Origin: Patescibacteria group bacterium
GTDB taxonomy: Bacteria > Patescibacteriota > Patescibacteriia > Buchananbacterales > UBA6539
Direction: 5' to 3'
Assembly: GCA_041662625.1 (NCBI GenBank)
Contig: JBAZSB010000001.1
Span: 246,467-310,466 of the forward strand
DNA: 64,000 nt
Shown here: positions 1 to 9,070 of the stretch, piece after piece
Numbering within the stretch: the stretch's first letter is position 1
Layout: every line of letters begins with the position of its first letter
The notes under the pieces: model-generated
Told to the model about the DNA's origin: nothing
Seen by the model: only the letters and a program-made list of their open reading frames with translations
Database searches by the model: none
Position numbers and translations under genes: made by a program

Positions 1-1222
1 ACTGATCATCATCACCGGATAAAGGCGGTGACGATTTCTTTTTAAAGCCGGAAAAAAGAACCAGAGCTATAACTAAAGTAAAAATTAACCAGACAGTTAG
101 CCAACATTGGGGATAACCCAAAATAGTCGGTCCCAAAACTAAAATTAAGGTAATCCACCATAAATTTTTAGCCAAAGGATTCTTAGTCCTTTTGCCCCGT
201 GACCAGATGGCGATAATCATTAATAAATTTAAAACCAAAAGCAGCCAGATATAGATGAGGCAATTTTTTGAAAGGAAAGACAATTGATCAGTGGAGGTTG
301 TTTCATTCAATGGTTTATTTTGTAATTCTTCTTGTAATTCCCCTAATTCCCCCGCGGCTACTTTGCCAGTTGTTCCGGTTTTCCATTCCGGGCTAGAGAT
401 TGATGAAATTTTTCCTTCAAATTCATCCCCTGCCATTGGACCACCCGTACCGTCGGTTAAAGAGGTGGTAGTAAAACTTAATTCCGAACTGAAAATCCGA
501 GGAGCACCTCGCCATTGTTTTGGATCAGCCAGGGCAATAATCCGAAAGTAATAAGTAGTTTCCGGCTCCAGATTAGTCAGGGTAAGGGTGTGGTAAGTCT
601 TTAGCCCAAAATCTAGTGGCGTAGAACTAGCATAACCAAAATTAATATCGTAAGCGATTAATTTAAGACCCAAAATTGAGGTTTGGTCAAAAACGATTTG
701 GCTTGTAGCCAGGTAATTAGTAAACCAAGTAACTTTGACTGCGGTCGGAGAAATAGTTTCAATTGAATAATTGGAAATATTCATCATTGGGCCCATTCCC
801 CTCTCTTCACGAATTACTTGGTAATTAGCAAAATTAATGATTGCTTTTTCTTCAGCTGATAAACTAACGAAACTGCTGCTGCCGTTTATTGCCGCCCAAG
901 AATTTGGTACCTCAACTTTTACTTGATAATCATCGGGGACAAGATTAGTAAAATCATATTCACCTGCACTATTAGTCAATTGGGTTTTAATTAATTTTTC
1001 TTTTTGGTACAGAGAAACCCGCCAATCAGCTAGCTTTGTTTCATAAAGATCCAAATTGTTATTAAAATTTAGATCTTCAAAAACAAGCCCAGAAACCGCA
1101 CCGGCGGTCTGGGCTTGTAGAGGTTGGACACAAAGTAAAGAAAAGCTAATCAAGAGGAAAGGTAGTCCAACTTGAAGTATTATTATTAACTTTTTAGAGT
1201 AGCTATTAATTGGCCAGTTCAT
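1..1222 (-). CDS. Secreted surface protein, 3'-truncated at the window edge: signal peptide, SdrD-B-like domain, PAP-N-like Fn3 domain and the shared C-terminal two-TM anchor cassette
   Basis: Hand translation from ATG (rc at 1220-1222) gives MNWPINSYSKKLIIILQVGLPFLLISF...VSGLVFEDLNFNNNLDLYE...TVKVTWFTNYLATSQIVFD...TYYFRIIA...KNCLIYIWLLLVLNL...YPQCWLTVWL. There is no stop before position 1. The C-terminus is homologous to those of ORFs 1261..7479 and 7710..9059. Confidence 0.6.
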   Translation of the reverse strand, partial: MNWPINSYSKKLIIILQVGLPFLLISFSLLCVQPLQAQTAGAVSGLVFEDLNFNNNLDLYETKLADWRVSLYQKEKLIKTQLTNSAGEYDFTNLVPDDYQVKVEVPNSWAAINGSSSFVSLSAEEKAIINFANYQVIREERGMGPMMNISNYSIETISPTAVKVTWFTNYLATSQIVFDQTSILGLKLIAYDINFGYASSTPLDFGLKTYHTLTLTNLEPETTYYFRIIALADPKQWRGAPRIFSSELSFTTTSLTDGTGGPMAGDEFEGKISSISSPEWKTGTTGKVAAGELGELQEELQNKPLNETTSTDQLSFLSKNCLIYIWLLLVLNLLMIIAIWSRGKRTKNPLAKNLWWITLILVLGPTILGYPQCWLTVWLIFTLVIALVLFSGFKKKSSPPLSGDDDQ

Positions 1223-1260
1223 TGTCAGTATAAGGCTTCTCCCTCGCAACCAATAGAAGA

Positions 1261-4200
1261 TTATTTTTTACCAGAAAGAGTATTTGGGCTGACCAGTAAA
1301 ACGATTAAGTAGATAACCGCCAAAACTAGAATGACTGCTAGCCAGGTAATCAACCAGCATTGAGGATACCAGATTATTACGGAAACAATAGCAATTAGCG
1401 CCGGAACTAACCCGGAGTATTTGACTGATTTAGTACCATTTTTGCCCTTGAAGGCAATGATTGCTGAGGCAATTAAATCCAGAATAAGTAAGAGCCAGAT
1501 ATAATTACTGCAGTTTTGCGTTGTAGCCGCTGGGGGTGTGGTTTCATCAGTAGTTTCGCCCAGTACGGTCCCTTCTTCAGCTGGCTGTTCAGCTGGCGGA
1601 GTGGGTGGAGTTTCTGTGTCGGTTGGAGTTGTTTCTTCTTGATATTCAACTCCAGCAACATTACCACTTGGATTAGCAGGCGTTCCTTCAGCTGGTGGAG
1701 GAGGAGTTGTCTCTTCGGTTGGTGGGACTTCTTCTGTTGGCGGAATTGCCGGTGGCACTTCCTCTAAAGTGAAGGTTAATTCATCGCCATAGACTTCAGG
1801 CGAAGCGGCTGAAAGTGGCCGGAAATAATAGACTGTAGCTGGTAATAAACCGGTAATTGTAACTGAATGATTGAGAACTTTGGGATCAGTATCAGTTGTG
1901 GCAGTTGACCAGGCATAGCCATAATTTGGTGCATAGCCAATAGCGGGATGGGAAACTAAATCATAGATTACCCGACTGGTAGCTTCGCGGTTAGTCATCC
2001 AAGTTACGGTTACTGAGCCAACTTCAGCTCCTCTGGTTAATCTAATGGTATGAATAAGCAAGCTATAAGGAGTACTACCGCCACCGCCACCTCCGCCACC
2101 GCCGCTGCCACCGCAAGCACCACAGTCGGCAGGACAGGCAGAGCAGGTTTCATTGCCGTTGCAAGAGCCATCTTCACAATATGGTTCGGTTTGATTGCAG
2201 CCTTCGTCAATGTTACTGTCGCAATCATTATCAATGCCGTCGCCACAAACTTCAGTAGCGCCCGGGTTTATACCTCTATCAGAGTCATTGCAGTCGTTAC
2301 CGTTCGGGCAGTAAGCTTCATTATAGACGGAATAAGTATCTTCATCAGCATCAACACATTGGATATCATGGCATTCATTGTTTTCACAATATTGACCCGT
2401 GCTGCAATCCTCATCAGTATTACATTCCGGACCAATCGATTCAGTACATAAGCTGATAGTATAAATGTCACCACCACCCTGGCCAGCACCATCGTCCCGG
2501 ATATCGATCTTATAAGAGCCATCCCAATTAACTGTTCCCCGACCAGCTAATTTAGTGAATGAATCAAGCTGATTGATAGCAACCGTAAGAGAACTTTGGC
2601 CATTAATTAAATAATTTGAATCCTGTAATAAGCTGATTGGATAAGAAACGCCATCAATTTTTATAATATCCCACCAATCTTGCGAACAATTATCATGAGA
2701 GCCGATTGGACTATAGGTTCCGTGACTTAATGATAACTGCCCGCCAGTTACTGTTAGCCAATCGCTACCATCAACGCAGGCTTGGAATTCAATGCAATTG
2801 CCTGTCTGGTTTTGGACTAACACGCAAGCGGATGTGCAAGAATAATTTTCATTTGGTACTCCATCTTGTCCATCGCACTCTTCATTGCCATTATCTTGCG
2901 GTCCGCCGGTGCCAACACCATTGGGTGTTTGCTTAATGCCATCACCGCAGAAAGTTTGGTAATTAAAGAAGTTTATTCCACCAATTCCTTGGCCATCAGC
3001 CAAAGTGACATCCTGAGATAACGGGGTGGTATTAAGCCAGCCAGTAACTAATTCTTCATAAATCGTCCAGATACCGGCAGTCAAGGCATTAAAGCAATAT
3101 AACCCGCTATCGTTAGTTTGAGTCGAGCTTAAGGTGGTATCTTTAGACGCCCAAATTGTCCAGGCTGGGATGACTACATCATTATTATTAAATATTCCAT
3201 CTCGATCATAATCATTATATTTATAACCGCAGATACTATTGGGTTCAATATCCCCTAGCCAATCATTGCCGAAATTAACATAAACGGTTTGTTCTGGAAC
3301 AGCGGTTACATCCTGAAATAAATCAGTGATATTCTTCCAACCCGGCTGCATCTCTTCCTGAACTCGGTAATTACCTGGCGTGACATCTTCAAAGCAGTAA
3401 TTTCCACCTTCGTCAGTTACCCGGTAGTCAATAATGGTTTGGTCGGTAGCGCAATGTAAAGCTTGGACACCGTCGACATCAAAACCATCAGTCTCGGCTC
3501 CGAATATTGTGGCAAACTTATTGGAAGTGTCAGTTAACTTTAAGTATTTAGCCCAAGCCAGACTACCTAAATCAAAAGTGCTGTCTTGGCAACCTTCACC
3601 AGCTAGTTCAACCCAGCTACTACCGTCTTGAGAAGCGGAAACTTTGACTTTTTCCGGATAGCTGGCGCAGCTGGGACTGCCATATGAAGTTTCAACTACA
3701 TCAATGTCATCCCCTGCTTCATTAAGAATTAAATTATCAAAGCTTAAAACCAGTTCACCGCCAAAGCCCAAAGCAACAAATTCAACCGGATCGCTATTGG
3801 AATATTGAGCCGCTCCTAATGCTTTAGAAGGATCGGTTCGTTCAGTGATAATTGGTGTACCATTTTTTCGTGTGCCGGGATTATAGCTAACCACGCCATC
3901 GGCCCATTGTTCACCTTCAGTACAGAAAGAAAACTCGATTAAATTTATAGTCCAATTTGCCAATCCGGGTTCTTCATCACGCTGTCCGTTTTCATTCTGG
4001 TCATGCCATTTATAACCGCAAATTGAGCTTTCGCAATCCTCGTCAACATATCCGTCGCAATCATTGTCAAGCTCGTCGCCACAAAATTCTTTTTCGCCTT
4101 CAGTTGGCACGGCGGAACAAACTGCCGGACCAGCTGGATCTTGCGGGTCGCAAGCGTAAGTACCACTTTGTTGGCAAATGCCTTGGCCGGCAATACATTC

Positions 4201-7200
4201 ACTGCCGACGTTCCAGCCTTCATCAATTAAGTCATCACAGTCATTATCAACGCCATCGCAGACTTCAGTGGTACACTCCGGCGGAGTGGGAATACAGCGG
4301 ACGCTGACATTATCTAAAAATGTGCCTAAAGAATTAGAAGTACCGCCGTCAGCAAATTCCAGCAAAGTTGTATAGCCACTGGCGGTTAAATTATATTGAT
4401 AAGGTGACCAGTTCAGACTACTGCCGCCAGCACCGGTAAGCGTAGAAACTAGGTTACCATCCCAGTTAAAATTCAAGACGTTATCACTGCTGCCAGTATT
4501 TGGTCGCGGTGAAAAATTGAAACTGACTAAATAGTTATAACCGGGCCAAGTGTTTAATTCCTGAGAAATTTTCACTGAAGCCGGTTCGCCATCGCCAGAA
4601 CCATTAGGGCCGGCCCAATCGCCGTCTAATTCAACATATTGGCTGCCATCAGGAATCAAACCGGAGAATAAACCTGATCGATGTAATTCTAAAGTCGCTT
4701 CAGTTGGTCTGGTCTGGCCTGGATAAGAATCAGAAGAAACCCAATCGGTAATCCAACTGGTTAAAGATGGAAGAAATATATCCCATTTGTTGGGGTTAGT
4801 AACAATTGGGTTTTCAAAACTACGGTTAAGCACTAACTCAACATCCGGATCACAGGTTGGCGGTAAGCCACATTCGGGCGAACATTCAAACGAACCGTTT
4901 GGCCCGTCATCGCAGTCTTCATCGCCTTCTTTAATATAATTGCCGCATTCTGGGCATTCTTCGGAATAAGGAGATATGGCCACACCTTCGCTTGTAAAAT
5001 TAAAGGAGAAATGAGATTGGACTGTATGGCGTTCGGCAAAAAAGATGTCCACTACATTATGGCCAGTCAAATGTAAACTGCCGGTTTTAGTGGTTGGGGC
5101 ATGAATGCCGCCATTATCAACGACTAAAACGCCGTCTAGATAAACCCAGGCATCATCATCGGAAGTCAGAGTATAATTATAATCTCCTTCAGTCTCAACT
5201 GAAACTAAGCCGCTCCAGTGAGCACCGAAATGATATTCATGGCCATTATCGATTTCTTCGACTGCTATATCAAAAGGAAAGAAATTTTCACCAAAAGTTA
5301 TAGCATTATCAATTCTTGTAAATTTTAAATATTGTGAATCATACCAATCATCGGTATCCCAGCTACCCAGCGGATCGCCATGACCGTCATCCGGCCATTC
5401 ATTGCCAGGCAAGTTCATATCCTGGTGATCTCTTGAATAATTATAATATTGGCCATACCAGCCGCTGCCTTCAGTTAGCTCTTCACAAGTTAATTGTTCA
5501 AGGCTGCAACTGGCAGAACAACCATCACCATCAGCAATATTGCCATCATCGCAAGTTTCATCACCTTCAATTTCATTATTACTGCAAACTGGTCCGGTTG
5601 GCTGACAGGTCGGATCGTTAGCACAATCTGAATCAGCACAATCAACAAAAGTATCGCCGTCATTATCTATGGTATCAGTACAATTTTGTTCTGGTTCAAT
5701 GGTGCAATTTTCGGAACAGCCGTCGCCGTTAACAGTATTGCCGTCATCGCAGGCTTCATTGCCTTCAAGGGCATCATTACCGCAAACGCTTGGAGTCGGA
5801 CCAGTACAATCAGAATTACAATGGCCATAGACGCCGTTATATTGACTGCCATCATCACAGATTTCCCGACCATTAACTGCCCCATCACCGCAACTTTGCG
5901 TTGTTATACAACTTCCCCACTGACATTCATTGCAGGCTTTACTGCCATTATAACCAGTTTCGGTAAGACATTCATCTGGGGTTTGTTGGTCACAATTTTC
6001 TGATTGTTGATTAACAATATTATCACCGCAATATGGTACATATTCTAAAGTACAGCTTTGGGTACAAATATAATGCGGGGGTACGCCATCAAGGGTATCG
6101 CATTCTTCATCGCCGTTTTTGGTTCCATCGTTACAGCCTTCCTGGGCAACACAATTGCTCCAGTCCAGACAATCTGATTGGCAGGTTTTCTGACCGGCGT
6201 AAGCACCAACAGAACAAGTGTCAGTTTGGCCAACTTCGCAAACTTCACTGTAACCTGGGTAACCCTGATCTAAAATATTATTATTACAAATTGGTAAATA
6301 GTTACCAAAATCTTTATTGGTTAAATTCTGGCCTTCGCTCAGGGTAACACTGTATGATCCGCTTACCGGATAGGTTTGTTGGTAAGGCTGACTGCTCGGT
6401 TCAGCTCCTTCAGAGACAGTATAATTGCCCGGCAATAAACCAGAGAACTGATAACAACCATTACTGTCAGTCACTTGGTTATCCGAGGTATCGCCGCTTA
6501 AAACAATTGGCCAACCAACTAAGGTGCTGTCGCCGGTAATGCTGCTGTCTTTGGCTACATCAGAATATTTACAGCCAGAGATTGAACCATACTGACAGAT
6601 CTCTTCAGAGATTGAATTGTAAATACTTTCTAGATCAGTTTGACTGGGGGCAAAATAATAACTGCCACCAGTAGCGTTAGCAATATATTGCAGCATGGTG
6701 GTGTTAACATCGCTGCCTAAACCAATGGTAAATATTTTGTAACCTAAACCGGCGGCTTCGTCAGCTTTGGCTTTGGCGTAATTAACATCAGCTTGATTTT
6801 CACCGGAGCCACTGCCATAAGGTTTATTGGCTTTGCCGTCAGTCAAAAGAATTGCAACCTTAACCGCTTGCGGATTAGCCCGAACTGAACCTAGCTCATC
6901 GTTAGACAAATCAATACCGTCACCAATATTGGTTGCACCATTAGCCGCTAAAGCATCAACGGCGATTTGTGTTGCCGGATGATCAGTTGATAAACCTTTA
7001 TCCAAATTTGCTGTGGTAGCAAAAGAAACTAAACCAGACTGGTCGTTGAGTCCCAGCAAACTTAGAAAGGTATCGGCAGCGCTTTTAGCGGCGGCTAATT
7101 TATTTGGCGTAGGTGGTACTGCTGGCGTGTAATTATGAGGACAGCTAGCTACACCTTGATTGTTACATTCAGTCTGAGTTAATCCATTTTTGGTGTGTTT

Positions 7201-7479
7201 ATTCCAGCAACCCCATAAATCACTTTTATTTTTATAATATTCACATTTACTTTGGCTACCCGAACTACCACCTTCGTCCATACTGCCTGACCGGTCAATA
7301 ATCAATACAACGTCAAGGTCAGCATCGCACATGCTTGGCGGCAACGGCGTAGCGGAAACTGCTGTTGGTATAAAGGCGGCACCATTAACCGACCAGAGAA
7401 TGGTAACCAAAGAAACAAAAATAGAAAACATTTTGTGTTTTCTAGGCTTTGAATAAGTGGGTTTTCCCATAGTTTGCAT
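1261..7479 (-). CDS. Giant (2072 aa) secreted multidomain adhesin-like protein: vWA, Cys-rich Myxococcus-type and MopE-like repeats, SdrD-B-like, DUF642/CBM-like, PA14, poly-Gly, PAP-N-like Fn3, Pro/Thr/Glu stalk and C-terminal two-TM anchor
   Basis: N-terminal signal peptide. vWA MIDAS motif DRSGSMDEGG. PA14 motif GDYNYTLTSDDDAWVYLDG (about nt 5040-5300). SdrD-B-like SICGYKYNDYDRDG and GYKWHDQNENGQRD. MopE-like motif NPGATEVCGDGIDNDCD. Myxococcus-type repeat ...CDDGN..GDGCS..C. DUF642-like NRSFENP...QYVELDGD. Fn3 TVTWMTNREATSRVIY...TVYYFRP. C-terminus NCSNYIWLLL...YPQCWLITWL. Confidence 0.85.
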   Translation of the reverse strand: MQTMGKPTYSKPRKHKMFSIFVSLVTILWSVNGAAFIPTAVSATPLPPSMCDADLDVVLIIDRSGSMDEGGSSGSQSKCEYYKNKSDLWGCWNKHTKNGLTQTECNNQGVASCPHNYTPAVPPTPNKLAAAKSAADTFLSLLGLNDQSGLVSFATTANLDKGLSTDHPATQIAVDALAANGATNIGDGIDLSNDELGSVRANPQAVKVAILLTDGKANKPYGSGSGENQADVNYAKAKADEAAGLGYKIFTIGLGSDVNTTMLQYIANATGGSYYFAPSQTDLESIYNSISEEICQYGSISGCKYSDVAKDSSITGDSTLVGWPIVLSGDTSDNQVTDSNGCYQFSGLLPGNYTVSEGAEPSSQPYQQTYPVSGSYSVTLSEGQNLTNKDFGNYLPICNNNILDQGYPGYSEVCEVGQTDTCSVGAYAGQKTCQSDCLDWSNCVAQEGCNDGTKNGDEECDTLDGVPPHYICTQSCTLEYVPYCGDNIVNQQSENCDQQTPDECLTETGYNGSKACNECQWGSCITTQSCGDGAVNGREICDDGSQYNGVYGHCNSDCTGPTPSVCGNDALEGNEACDDGNTVNGDGCSENCTIEPEQNCTDTIDNDGDTFVDCADSDCANDPTCQPTGPVCSNNEIEGDETCDDGNIADGDGCSASCSLEQLTCEELTEGSGWYGQYYNYSRDHQDMNLPGNEWPDDGHGDPLGSWDTDDWYDSQYLKFTRIDNAITFGENFFPFDIAVEEIDNGHEYHFGAHWSGLVSVETEGDYNYTLTSDDDAWVYLDGVLVVDNGGIHAPTTKTGSLHLTGHNVVDIFFAERHTVQSHFSFNFTSEGVAISPYSEECPECGNYIKEGDEDCDDGPNGSFECSPECGLPPTCDPDVELVLNRSFENPIVTNPNKWDIFLPSLTSWITDWVSSDSYPGQTRPTEATLELHRSGLFSGLIPDGSQYVELDGDWAGPNGSGDGEPASVKISQELNTWPGYNYLVSFNFSPRPNTGSSDNVLNFNWDGNLVSTLTGAGGSSLNWSPYQYNLTASGYTTLLEFADGGTSNSLGTFLDNVSVRCIPTPPECTTEVCDGVDNDCDDLIDEGWNVGSECIAGQGICQQSGTYACDPQDPAGPAVCSAVPTEGEKEFCGDELDNDCDGYVDEDCESSICGYKWHDQNENGQRDEEPGLANWTINLIEFSFCTEGEQWADGVVSYNPGTRKNGTPIITERTDPSKALGAAQYSNSDPVEFVALGFGGELVLSFDNLILNEAGDDIDVVETSYGSPSCASYPEKVKVSASQDGSSWVELAGEGCQDSTFDLGSLAWAKYLKLTDTSNKFATIFGAETDGFDVDGVQALHCATDQTIIDYRVTDEGGNYCFEDVTPGNYRVQEEMQPGWKNITDLFQDVTAVPEQTVYVNFGNDWLGDIEPNSICGYKYNDYDRDGIFNNNDVVIPAWTIWASKDTTLSSTQTNDSGLYCFNALTAGIWTIYEELVTGWLNTTPLSQDVTLADGQGIGGINFFNYQTFCGDGIKQTPNGVGTGGPQDNGNEECDGQDGVPNENYSCTSACVLVQNQTGNCIEFQACVDGSDWLTVTGGQLSLSHGTYSPIGSHDNCSQDWWDIIKIDGVSYPISLLQDSNYLINGQSSLTVAINQLDSFTKLAGRGTVNWDGSYKIDIRDDGAGQGGGDIYTISLCTESIGPECNTDEDCSTGQYCENNECHDIQCVDADEDTYSVYNEAYCPNGNDCNDSDRGINPGATEVCGDGIDNDCDSNIDEGCNQTEPYCEDGSCNGNETCSACPADCGACGGSGGGGGGGGGSTPYSLLIHTIRLTRGAEVGSVTVTWMTNREATSRVIYDLVSHPAIGYAPNYGYAWSTATTDTDPKVLNHSVTITGLLPATVYYFRPLSAASPEVYGDELTFTLEEVPPAIPPTEEVPPTEETTPPPPAEGTPANPSGNVAGVEYQEETTPTDTETPPTPPAEQPAEEGTVLGETTDETTPPAATTQNCSNYIWLLLILDLIASAIIAFKGKNGTKSVKYSGLVPALIAIVSVIIWYPQCWLITWLAVILVLAVIYLIVLLVSPNTLSGKK

Positions 7480-7709
7480 AGGTTTTTGAGATAATTTAGG
7501 TAAAATTAGTAAAAATATATAATAAATAGCTTGTTTCTCTTTCTACCATATTTACTCATAATTTGTCAATAGAGAGTATTTTTATAGCTAAAAACTGATT
7601 AATTTGAAACAAAATTTGAAAAATTAGTTTTTAACCTGAAAAACCATTTCTCAAAAATGGCTTAAAAATAATAATGATGAATAATAGCCAAAGCTAGTAA
7701 TAATTAAAA

Positions 7710-9059
7710 TTATTTTTTACCCAAAAGAGTATTGGGGCTAGTAAAAAGAATAATTAAATAGACAACCGCTAGGACTAAAACTATTGCTAACCAAGTAACC
7801 AGCCAGCATTGAGGATACCAGATTATTACTGAAACAATAGCAATTAGCGCCGGAACTAACCCAGAGTATTTGACTAGCTTATTACCATTTTTACCTTTAA
7901 GGGCAATAATTGCCGCTGTCACTAAATTCAGAACAAGTAAAAGCCAGATGTAATTAATGCAATTTTTTGGCGTAGCGGCTGGCTCTTCTTCGGTAGTTTC
8001 GGCAAGAACTTTCCCTTCTTCTTCAGTCGGCTGCTCCTTTCCGGTAACTACTGTGGAAGTCGGCGTTATTTCTTCTTGAAAGCCAACCCCAGCTACTGTA
8101 CCAGCCGGATTGGTTGGCGCAGTTGGGTTGCCAGATATTGGCGGAGTTTCAGCCGGCGGCAGGGTTTCTTCTGCCGGTGGAACTGGTAATCCAGCTGATT
8201 CGCCTGTAGTTTTGAAAGTTAAACTGCGGCTGACCGTATCAGGCGAAGCGTGGGAAATTACGCGATAATAATAAGTTGTGCCGGGCGTTAAGCCGGTCAA
8301 AGTCACGGAATGAAAAGTAACTTTGGTTAAATCATCAATCGTTGAATGGGCATAACCGTAATTCGGTGGACTGCTGAAATCAAAAGTGTGCGCTTCATTT
8401 TCCGCGCCCCAAATCACCCGGCTGGTAGATAAATAATTAGTCTGCCAAGTGAGTGTCGCCGTAACAGTCATAACATTAATTTCCGCTTCATTGAAAATCG
8501 TCAGACCGGCTGGCACACTGCCACCACCACCGCTACCGCCACCAGCTCCTCCACCGCCGCCTTGGCCGGGCGGAGTAACGGGTGTCTGCTCGCCTTGAAA
8601 ACCGACTAAGATATCGAAATTATTCAAAATTTTATTTTTGTAATCATTGCCGGCGCTGGAATTAAAAGTCACTATTAAATCATAAGTTGTACTCGCGTTG
8701 TTTGCCAAATTGGATAAAAATGTCTCGCCTTGATTGAAAAATTCAGTTAAACTTTTATTTAGAATCGTTTGGCTCCCCTCTTTTATTTCTAAATTTAAAG
8801 CATTGCCAAAATGATTTGGGTCATTGACATTAATCGCTTCAATAGCCAAGGGCTTTGATACGCCGCTTTTGTTTTTAATTTCAATGTGAGCGGTTACTGC
8901 TTGGCCGGGCAAAAAATTCACCGCGCCAAAAAGCGGATTGGGATTAAAGATGACAACTATATTACTTTCGGTCGCTAAAACTGGGCCGGCAAACATAAAT
9001 CCGGCTATCAGGGCAATAGCGGTAATTCCGATAAATTCTAATTTTTTTATTCTAAGCAT
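7710..9059 (-). CDS. Secreted surface protein (449 aa) with signal peptide, Gly-rich linker, PAP-N-like Fn3 domain, Pro-rich stalk and the shared C-terminal two-TM anchor
   Basis: The signal peptide, GQGGGGGAGGGSGGGG linker, Fn3 segment TLTWQTNYLSTSRVIWG...TTYYYRVIS and the C-terminal 85 aa are about 85% identical to the giant protein at both protein and DNA level. Confidence 0.8.
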   Translation of the reverse strand: MLRIKKLEFIGITAIALIAGFMFAGPVLATESNIVVIFNPNPLFGAVNFLPGQAVTAHIEIKNKSGVSKPLAIEAINVNDPNHFGNALNLEIKEGSQTILNKSLTEFFNQGETFLSNLANNASTTYDLIVTFNSSAGNDYKNKILNNFDILVGFQGEQTPVTPPGQGGGGGAGGGSGGGGSVPAGLTIFNEAEINVMTVTATLTWQTNYLSTSRVIWGAENEAHTFDFSSPPNYGYAHSTIDDLTKVTFHSVTLTGLTPGTTYYYRVISHASPDTVSRSLTFKTTGESAGLPVPPAEETLPPAETPPISGNPTAPTNPAGTVAGVGFQEEITPTSTVVTGKEQPTEEEGKVLAETTEEEPAATPKNCINYIWLLLVLNLVTAAIIALKGKNGNKLVKYSGLVPALIAIVSVIIWYPQCWLVTWLAIVLVLAVVYLIILFTSPNTLLGKK

Positions 9060-9070
9060 ATTGATTATTT

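Noticed and set aside
291-551. 86-aa plus-strand ORF at the window start
   Set aside because: Lies antisense to a well-supported minus-strand surface-protein CDS (1..1222). Low-complexity Ser/Pro composition and no RBS.
1473-6539. Numerous 60-130-aa ORFs on both strands inside the 6.2-kb giant gene
   Set aside because: All are embedded in or antisense to the continuous 2072-aa frame and are generated by its repetitive Cys/Gly/Asp codon composition.
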